A program made the translations under genes and the position numbers. DNA of 64,000 nucleotides from a virus. The stretch is from IMG/VR virus record IMGVR_UViG_3300025133_000029, positions 1 through 64,000 of that record; one strand, written 5' to 3'. The notes below the pieces were generated by a model. The model saw only the letters and a program-made list of their open reading frames with translations. It was not told the origin of the DNA and ran no database searches. This document shows positions 57,388-64,000 of this stretch, one piece after another. Numbering within the stretch: position 1 is the stretch's first letter; each line of letters begins with the position of its first letter.

Positions 57388-58740
57388 ATGGTAAATGCAG
57401 ATAATCTAAAAACTTGTGTGGCAATATTTAAAGATGCAGTTTGTTGTGCCATTGGTGGGGACAATAGACCTCTTTCTATCATGCTATTGGCTTCGGCGTG
57501 TAAGTCGAGAGATATAGAAGAGGAAATAGCGGCTTCTGTTTTTTATCATCTTGCAGAGAACAATGGTTTTAGCTCAACTCCCTATTTTTCATACGATGGC
57601 AAAATGGCAAAACTTTTGGAAATACCTGAGAATGTAAGGCACGGAAGGACGCTGAGGAACTTACAAAAGTCTTGGATTGATTATTTTGAAGTTTTTTCAT
57701 TAGAGGATATGGAGATGTCATGGGAACAGGTGGGTGAAGATTGGGCAAGGCTTGTGACAGATAAATCTCTACATTTCTTACTGGAAAAGGTTTTTGATAG
57801 GGAGGTATTGAGGCTAGAGAAGGTTCTGAAAATTTATGACGATTCGATTGGGGGGAAGGCAAAGAAGGTTAATCAAAGTGATTTGGCAAAGTCGTGTGTG
57901 GAGTTAGGGGATCTTGTTTTTGCGTATCCGTGGGCGACTCATTTGATGATACAGAACTCTGGTGATGGAGGGGAGCCATGGATACATTTACATATTAATT
58001 CTGGCCTGGATGCTATTCCCTTCATGCGGGAATACTTTCTTCCAGGTTTTGAAGAAGCTTCAAGGGAAGGCGCACACCTACGTTGGCAGGGGACACCTGT
58101 TATAGTCTTTTGGCACCAAGCTTTTGAGAATAAAGAAATTATTGCGAAGACTTGCGGACCAAAATATCGACCAGATGTCGATGATATAAATGCTCCATCT
58201 ATGGATTCTTTGATTTTATGGATGTTGTTGACAAAAAAAATAAAGGACTTGAGGAGAGATGTAGATTTTACAGATAGGATATCGAGGACAAAAGATGAAA
58301 GATTGTTCTCATTAGACTTGGATGACAATTCGGATAGTTCTGTTTTGTTTTTTGCGCCAAATGAACAGATCTCGATGCTTTTTTGTTTTTCTGTGGGCTT
58401 ATTTGAGGTTTTGCATGGAAGAGACGATATGGTTTCTAGAGAGGATGAATACTACGTTTATTTTGTTCTTCGAAGTGTGGGTAACTTCCAATTTATGATT
58501 TATGATCATGAAATAAAATTGAGTCCAAAGGATTCAGTGGATCCGGGGATGTTTGCAGCGGGGGGTGTGGGAGACTATGAGCTTGCAGTGTTTTTCACAC
58601 GAACAAAAATTATAAAAGACGGTGGTAGTCTTGAGCTTAAGGATATTCTCAATGCGGGTAGTAACGATATGTATTGGGGTGAAATCTTTCGTTACAAAGT
58701 TGAGGGTGTAAATCCATTTTTGTTAAGGAAGTCAGTGTAG
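57388..58740 (+). CDS. hypothetical protein
   Basis: 450-aa ORF. Confidence 0.65.
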   Translation: MVNADNLKTCVAIFKDAVCCAIGGDNRPLSIMLLASACKSRDIEEEIAASVFYHLAENNGFSSTPYFSYDGKMAKLLEIPENVRHGRTLRNLQKSWIDYFEVFSLEDMEMSWEQVGEDWARLVTDKSLHFLLEKVFDREVLRLEKVLKIYDDSIGGKAKKVNQSDLAKSCVELGDLVFAYPWATHLMIQNSGDGGEPWIHLHINSGLDAIPFMREYFLPGFEEASREGAHLRWQGTPVIVFWHQAFENKEIIAKTCGPKYRPDVDDINAPSMDSLILWMLLTKKIKDLRRDVDFTDRISRTKDERLFSLDLDDNSDSSVLFFAPNEQISMLFCFSVGLFEVLHGRDDMVSREDEYYVYFVLRSVGNFQFMIYDHEIKLSPKDSVDPGMFAAGGVGDYELAVFFTRTKIIKDGGSLELKDILNAGSNDMYWGEIFRYKVEGVNPFLLRKSV

Positions 58741-58811
58741 CGAACTGGTTTTTTTTATGACATCTTGGATATAACTAGATTGGACAATTAATCATTGTAG
58801 GAAATCTAGAT

Positions 58812-59660
58812 ATGTCTGAAACAAAAAATATCCTATCTCCACCTATGGATGATGCGGAAATCGCATCTCTTTCTCATGTTGAAGTGGAGGATACAATTCA
58901 ATTGCCAAAAACCCACGAGGGTTGGCTTAAGCGGTTTTTAGCTTATTTGAACATATTTGGATTCCTTAGAGTTTTCTTTGGTCAAACTCGAGATTCTACA
59001 AATCGACCCAATAATATTCTCATGTTGTTTTATGCAGCATGTCTTATACATGCGTCTGTTTTGGTTGGATCTGTGTACTTTAAGGGGGCAAGATATCATT
59101 TGGTCTTAGATTGTCCACCGGGGACAAAGCAAAACTACATAGGCAAGAAGATTTTAAAGAAATCTTTAGAGTCTAAAGAAAAGTCTTCCAAAAAGGGGTT
59201 GCGGGGAAAGATAAAAAGGGGGGCTAAGAGTTTAGCTAAGAGAATAAAAAATAGGTTGTCGAGGAAGAGGGTTCGTCGAACTTTTAATAATCCATCACCC
59301 ACCGCAGTTTCAAAAAAAGAAAAAATCATATGCGGTGGTTTAAAGATTACAATACATTTGACTTTGCAGCCGTCGCCTTCTTTGCCTGGGGCGGTGTACT
59401 GGACGTGTTTTTGGGCATTAGTTTTTATAGGAATGTTGTATATGGGAAGGCATCAGCAGACTCGGGATTGGTCTGTTGATCTAATGTATGCGTGGAAGGG
59501 AGGAAGTAGAAGAGATGGTTTGGATTCGAGAACTGCATCTATTTCTGTTTCTGGAGAAGGAGTGAGTTTTGATACAGGAGATGCAGGGGGTACAGTGACT
59601 GCCCCTCCAAGTGTAGATCCTCGGGGAACTATGGGAGATAAGAAAGGACATAGTCACTGA
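58812..59660 (+). CDS. membrane protein with basic loop
   Basis: Two hydrophobic segments flanking a Lys/Arg-rich region. Confidence 0.6.
   Translation: MSETKNILSPPMDDAEIASLSHVEVEDTIQLPKTHEGWLKRFLAYLNIFGFLRVFFGQTRDSTNRPNNILMLFYAACLIHASVLVGSVYFKGARYHLVLDCPPGTKQNYIGKKILKKSLESKEKSSKKGLRGKIKRGAKSLAKRIKNRLSRKRVRRTFNNPSPTAVSKKEKIICGGLKITIHLTLQPSPSLPGAVYWTCFWALVFIGMLYMGRHQQTRDWSVDLMYAWKGGSRRDGLDSRTASISVSGEGVSFDTGDAGGTVTAPPSVDPRGTMGDKKGHSH
59163..59179. repeat. 17-bp dispersed palindrome, copy 14 (inside a CDS)
   Basis: TCTTTAGAGTCTAAAGA, read as S-L-E-S-K-E. Confidence 0.95.
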
Positions 59661-59691
59661 TCGGTATAAATGTCGGGGGAGAATTGAAGAT

Positions 59692-60564
59692 TTGGAGGTT
59701 TCTATGACTATTGATCGCTATTCTTTTGTTGCAAGCTCGAGGAGAAGAAATAGAGAAGTTGAAGAGAAAGAAGTGGATTCGAGTTCTGAAGCACAACATC
59801 CTCTTTTTGGTGAAAGCAATTCGGAGTGTGTAGAGGACAGTGGGAGTATTGCGGAGTCTCGAGTGCAGGAGTTGCGGGTTAGGGAAATCTTCCCTTCTCT
59901 CAATTACTTTTTTAGTTTTTTCAAATCAATGCGAAGCAATAGGGAGTATCGTGTTCTTGTCCCAGTTGATTCTTTTTGTAACTGTATAAGGAATAAGAAC
60001 AGTGATGAGTTGTGGAATTCTCTTGTTTCGTTTGGTGGTGAGCGGGTTTTGTATGCTTCTGTAGTTAGCTCCCCTAAAGGTCTAAGATCTTTTTACTCAT
60101 GTTCTTATTTAGAGTGTGTTCTTGAGAAGCATATGGAATCGTTTATAGAAAATGAAACTGGAGAAGATTATCCTTCCCCAAATAATGATTTTCTTTCCAG
60201 AACCATTTCTGATGTTTTAGAAGTTTGGTCTTGCCATGGTTATAAGGGTTTCGTAAGGGAGGTTAGAAAGCATCTACGTGTTTGGAAGTACTTTTGTTTT
60301 CTATTTTCTCTTTGGGATAATATTGTAAAACAGGGACCATCTAATATTTCTGTACAATTAATGCAAAGTATTCGAGATGATATGTCGAGAGTTTTTTGCG
60401 ACAAGGCTAGTTCTCCATTATGGTCTCAGGAAATATGGAGAGATGAGTTTCGAGAGATGGGACAAGAAATTTTTGCTCGTATGGAATTAGAGTCTCCTGA
60501 TAAGGTTTCTGTTATCCGAAGAATGTCATCTTCCTGGGATCGTGTGATATCAAGATCGTCTTAA
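59692..60564 (+). CDS. hypothetical protein
   Basis: 290-aa ORF. Confidence 0.6.
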   Translation: MEVSMTIDRYSFVASSRRRNREVEEKEVDSSSEAQHPLFGESNSECVEDSGSIAESRVQELRVREIFPSLNYFFSFFKSMRSNREYRVLVPVDSFCNCIRNKNSDELWNSLVSFGGERVLYASVVSSPKGLRSFYSCSYLECVLEKHMESFIENETGEDYPSPNNDFLSRTISDVLEVWSCHGYKGFVREVRKHLRVWKYFCFLFSLWDNIVKQGPSNISVQLMQSIRDDMSRVFCDKASSPLWSQEIWRDEFREMGQEIFARMELESPDKVSVIRRMSSSWDRVISRSS

Positions 60565-60588
60565 TCTTTTGATGGGGTAGTTTTTTTT

Positions 60589-61332
60589 ATGATAGCAGTC
60601 GACGGAAGAGAAATAGTTTATCTGGGGATTCCATACTCGCATAAGGATGCGGAAGTGCGGCGAAAGAGGTTTGAGATCTCTTGTCTTGTTGCGAGTATTC
60701 TTATGAAGAATGATGTTGTTGTATATGCGCCAATTACTCATTGTTATCCTATCGCGGTAAAACAAGGTCTTCCTCATGGTTGGGACTTTTGGGAGAAGTT
60801 TGACACCGCATACCTGCGCTGCAGTAAAGCTTTATATGTTGTAACCATGGAAGGTTGGGAGAGTTCGAAAGGGCTAAACGCAGAGATTCAAATAGCAGAA
60901 AACCTGGGGATACCTGTTTTTTATTTGTCTTTGTATGAGAAGGTGAATATCAAAGTAGAAGAATATATGAATACAGGCGTGGAGGTTGCGGAGTTTGCTG
61001 AAACTCCAAAAGAGACAACTGTATTAGATCCGCCTAGACTTCCTTTCTTTTTAATGCCTCAGTATAGAGAAGCTGGGTGTTTGGATGTGGTTAATGTTTA
61101 CAACCGTGTGGATGGGGATCTGGAGATGGTATATCAATTCGCAGCACCACCAACAACACAGGTGGAATTTGAGGTTATTAATCATCGTACGTATGGGGTG
61201 TTGGTTAAATACAAGGATCAGATTATTTATGTTTCTTATAGGGATTGTTCTTCTTTGCGAGACATTGAAGAAGGTGGGATTTATGATGGATCTATGAATG
61301 AGGACTTTTTTGTTCGTATGGGAGAGAGGTAG
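60589..61332 (+). CDS. DUF1937 / nucleoside deoxyribosyltransferase-like protein
   Basis: YLGIPYSH, YAPITH, D...L..C and GWESSKGLNAEI. Confidence 0.75.
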   Translation: MIAVDGREIVYLGIPYSHKDAEVRRKRFEISCLVASILMKNDVVVYAPITHCYPIAVKQGLPHGWDFWEKFDTAYLRCSKALYVVTMEGWESSKGLNAEIQIAENLGIPVFYLSLYEKVNIKVEEYMNTGVEVAEFAETPKETTVLDPPRLPFFLMPQYREAGCLDVVNVYNRVDGDLEMVYQFAAPPTTQVEFEVINHRTYGVLVKYKDQIIYVSYRDCSSLRDIEEGGIYDGSMNEDFFVRMGER

Positions 61333-61334
61333 AA

Positions 61335-61351
61335 TCTTTAGAGTCTAAAGA
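61335..61351. repeat. 17-bp dispersed palindrome, copy 15
   Basis: TCTTTAGAGTCTAAAGA, arms AGAA/TTCT. Confidence 0.95.
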
Positions 61352-61385
61352 TTCTCAATGTGGTGACAATAGAGAGAGTGGTGAA

Positions 61386-61583
61386 ATGGATTATTCTTCA
61401 GTCGAACTTTTTGTAATTGAGCATCGAGATCGATCGGCACTTGTTCTTATTGAGGGTGAGGAGGTGGTGCTTCCATATTCTCAATGTGGGGGCTTGCATC
61501 GAATCGATACGGATAAAGAGGGTGTTGTGGAAGTGCCTGATTGGATATTGAGGGACAGAGGGCTTGAGGATTGCATTTCGTAG
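61386..61583 (+). CDS. small hypothetical phage protein
   Basis: DRSALV...LPYSQ...VPDWI...GL pattern. Confidence 0.55.
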   Translation: MDYSSVELFVIEHRDRSALVLIEGEEVVLPYSQCGGLHRIDTDKEGVVEVPDWILRDRGLEDCIS

Positions 61584-61586
61584 GAG

Positions 61587-61910
61587 ATGACGAAATTGAA
61601 AAAAGATGGTCAAAAAGAAAATAAACGAGTGGTTATAACGGTTGAACTCTGGGAGAGTGATGTGGAGTTTATGCGAAACTTTATGGATGAGGTTCGCAAT
61701 TTCACAGGTGGGATTGTTGAGGTCTTTGGTGTAAGGACAGATCTTTTGCTATCCCCGTTCTTTCGAAATACGTTATTAAGACAGGGCCAGTCTTTGGAGA
61801 AGATGATAGAAGTTGTGGGACTATCTAACGTTTATCGAGATAACCTTGGGGATCCTCTGTCAGTGTCTAATTCTTGCTCTTGTTGCAAATGTGAAAATAA
61901 AGACTCTTGA
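61587..61910 (+). CDS. hypothetical protein
   Basis: AGGAG RBS. Confidence 0.5.
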   Translation: MTKLKKDGQKENKRVVITVELWESDVEFMRNFMDEVRNFTGGIVEVFGVRTDLLLSPFFRNTLLRQGQSLEKMIEVVGLSNVYRDNLGDPLSVSNSCSCCKCENKDS

Positions 61911-62035
61911 ATAAATATTGAACCTTTCTTATATTTTTCTTGTATAGTTCTTATAGCTCATTGGTGATGAGTTGTATCTTTTTATAAGTCGAGGTGTTAC
62001 TTGATATAGATATTTTAAGGGACCGGGGAGAGAAT

Positions 62036-63028
62036 ATGAAAAAAATAGTATTGATTTGGGAGAGAAACTCTGAAGAAGACTTGGAGTATAATAGAGAAAT
62101 AATTGAAGGAATACAGTTGTCCGGAGATATTTTAGGGGTGTCTGTGGACGTTTTTGAACTGAATCCTGTATATCGTTTTTATGGTAACGATATACCTGAT
62201 TCCGCATATCCAAATGTCCCAGAATATGATGACATGGTTCTGGGGTTTTGGATTGGGTTTATACCAAAGCGAGAACATTATCAGAGTGTTTATGACTTTC
62301 TAAAGTCCAGAAATGTTGTTCTTGTGAACACCCCAATCGAGCATCTGCGGGGGATAGAGTTTGATTTGGAGAGTTATAATTCTTTGGGATTTAGAACACC
62401 TCTGAGTGTCGAGGTTCGCGATAAAGAAACGGGCCTAGATGCTGCGGAAAGAGATCTAGGTTTTCCTGTATTTGTCAAAGGAAGAGTGCAGTCCCTGAAG
62501 CAGCGGGGTCCGAGTGCTTGTATAGCCTATGACAAAAAAGAGCTAGCGGATATTCTGGATGTGTATATAGAGGCAGGAATGCAAGCAGGTTTGTGCGATT
62601 TGATTCGCGATGGATTGATTTTACGTCGTTATCATCCCTTGGTTTCAGGGAGAAAAACGGACTATGGTTTTCCACAGGGGCGAGAGTTTAGGGTCCTTGT
62701 GTTCAAAGGAATGGTTGTTGGTAGAGGTTATTATTGGCGGAATTTAGATCCACCTCATTCTGAAATATCAGATGATGAGAAGAAACAAATTGATCGGCTG
62801 GCGGAGATGGCTTATCAGGCTTTTGATATTTCTTATATGTCTGTAGACATTGCCCAAAAGGCGGGTAATATGGAGTGGATTCTTGTCGAAGTTGGTGATG
62901 CTCAGTTCTCGGGGATAAACCATATTAATCCTCTGTGGTTGTGGCAGAATATTTTGAGGGCTCTTCTGGGAATATCGTGTGGAACGGTTATTCAAGAAAT
63001 ATCCTCGTTTGCCTCTATGACATTCTAG
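62036..63028 (+). CDS. ATP-grasp domain protein (DUF4343/R2K-like)
   Basis: PVFVKG..SLK, REFRV, SVDIA and LVEVGDAQFSG. Confidence 0.75.
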   Translation: MKKIVLIWERNSEEDLEYNREIIEGIQLSGDILGVSVDVFELNPVYRFYGNDIPDSAYPNVPEYDDMVLGFWIGFIPKREHYQSVYDFLKSRNVVLVNTPIEHLRGIEFDLESYNSLGFRTPLSVEVRDKETGLDAAERDLGFPVFVKGRVQSLKQRGPSACIAYDKKELADILDVYIEAGMQAGLCDLIRDGLILRRYHPLVSGRKTDYGFPQGREFRVLVFKGMVVGRGYYWRNLDPPHSEISDDEKKQIDRLAEMAYQAFDISYMSVDIAQKAGNMEWILVEVGDAQFSGINHINPLWLWQNILRALLGISCGTVIQEISSFASMTF

Positions 63029-63084
63029 TTTTTAGCAGGGTAGTACTCAGGCGAGGTTTTTTTTTAGAAGGAGTTCTAATTCTC

Positions 63085-63669
63085 TTGAGTAAATTGCCTA
63101 GTCCGCCGTTGCCGAATGTTCCTCCTCCGCAAAAAAAAGTGTCCCCTGGCATTGTCACAGAAGATCCCAGTAATCAAATAAACTTCTTTTCTCCCCCCCC
63201 TTCGGTTTCTTTGTCTCCACCCTCTTCGCCCCCTCCGGCTCCACCCTCTTCTCCTCCTCCACCACTTCGAGTAGTTCCGCAACCACCACTATCCAGTTCA
63301 GAGGTGGTGTTTTCTCCTCCTTCTCTTGAGGGAACGAATCTTGGCTTCATAAGTCCTACACAACCCATGCCAGTTGTTCCTTTACCAGAGTCTGTTTTAC
63401 AGGAGAGACGAAAGAAGGAGATAGAGGCAACTATAGGAAGAAAAAGAGGTCGGGCTAAGTTTGTTTCCCCACATGAGTTCAGGATGGTTTATCGGTATCC
63501 TGAAGGAAGTAGATTTTCTAAAGTTTCTCATTTACATGATAAGGATTGTCGTATACTTATAAAGCGAACAGCAGAAGATCCACAGTGTGAGTCAGGCAGG
63601 TGTTGGGTGGAGTTTAAAGATGGTCTTCATGTTTGTGTTCCACGAAGTCGCATTTTCACAAAAGAGTAA
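63085..63669 (+). CDS. proline-rich protein with SH3-like C-terminus
   Basis: AAGGAG RBS before TTG 63085; poly-Pro/Ser region; ...CWVEFKDG...PRS. Confidence 0.6.
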   Translation: MSKLPSPPLPNVPPPQKKVSPGIVTEDPSNQINFFSPPPSVSLSPPSSPPPAPPSSPPPPLRVVPQPPLSSSEVVFSPPSLEGTNLGFISPTQPMPVVPLPESVLQERRKKEIEATIGRKRGRAKFVSPHEFRMVYRYPEGSRFSKVSHLHDKDCRILIKRTAEDPQCESGRCWVEFKDGLHVCVPRSRIFTKE

Positions 63670-63694
63670 AATACAGTGAGTGCAGGGAGTTATT

Positions 63695-64000
63695 ATGTCT
63701 TATATCTGTATTGTTGATGATTTGCCCCCAGAGATCATTTCAATGCTTCAGGCTTTCTATAGCCGTAGCCCAAAGTCTATTCGTATTCGCTTAGAGGAGT
63801 TGGGCTATATCCCCAATAGGGACGAATGGATTATAAGTGTATTATCGGAGTGGATTGGGGATTTATTGGGCAACGAAGGGAGAAACGAAGAAAACGCCAA
63901 AGATTTTGAGAGATTCGAGGGCATTATAGAAGAATTTCGGGGAGCAGATAAGAGGGGCATTCAAGAGAAGTTGGAGATGTTCTATGTGAATTATGGGCAC
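63695..64000 (+). CDS. thyX: FAD-dependent thymidylate synthase (ThyX-like), N-terminal part, truncated by the window
   Basis: My translation: MSYICIVDDLPPEIISMLQAFYSRSPKS...EMFYVNYGH. The YSRS and YGH motifs match two-domain ThyX proteins. Confidence 0.7.
   Translation, partial: MSYICIVDDLPPEIISMLQAFYSRSPKSIRIRLEELGYIPNRDEWIISVLSEWIGDLLGNEGRNEENAKDFERFEGIIEEFRGADKRGIQEKLEMFYVNYGH

Noticed and set aside
26480-58775. Recurring T-run plus TGACAT motif as a phage promoter (about 26500, 26529, 56559, 58758)
   Set aside because: No consistent downstream element or spacing could be established by eye.
2494-61351. Palindromic repeats as a CRISPR array or IS/MITE ends
   Set aside because: Copies are kilobases apart and separated by genes. 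No spacer-sized intervals, cas genes, transposase or target-site duplications are visible.
1-64000. Stop-codon reassignment as seen in some large phages
   Set aside because: Conserved genes are intact under the standard code; TAA, TAG and TGA all end genes; no suppressor tRNA is seen.

Overview
This window is a segment of a large, probably jumbo-class, tailed-phage genome. It is almost entirely + strand, uses the standard genetic code, and has only one credible - strand gene. Layout: (1) a tRNA array at 1-2.5 kb, mixed with atypical tRNA-like and structured RNAs; (2) an accessory locus at 2.65-10 kb with a divergent TROVE/Ro60-like vWA protein, a possible E2-like protein, a JAB/MPN+ peptidase, a small ubiquitin-like candidate, an RNA-repair-type HAD, a methyltransferase-like protein and a ThiF/E1 enzyme; (3) a replication and recombination module with UvsW-like helicase, intein-containing DnaB-like helicase, primase, CobS/CobT-like pair, sigma-like factor, family A DNA polymerase, UvsY-like protein, gp32-like SSB, intein-containing RecA, GroES, SbcD/SbcC and RusA; (4) terminase large subunit, HU, Dam-type methylase, Tmk, an ATP-grasp protein, the start of ThyX, and many hypotheticals. 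Two signals stand out. The first is a putative phage-encoded ubiquitin-like conjugation system coupled to a Ro60-like protein beside tRNA-like RNAs. The second is a 17-bp palindrome, TCTTTAGA(G/C)TCTAAAGA, with 15 exact and several variant copies spaced fairly evenly about 1.5-5.7 kb apart across the window. All protein calls come from motif recognition by eye; no database search was run.
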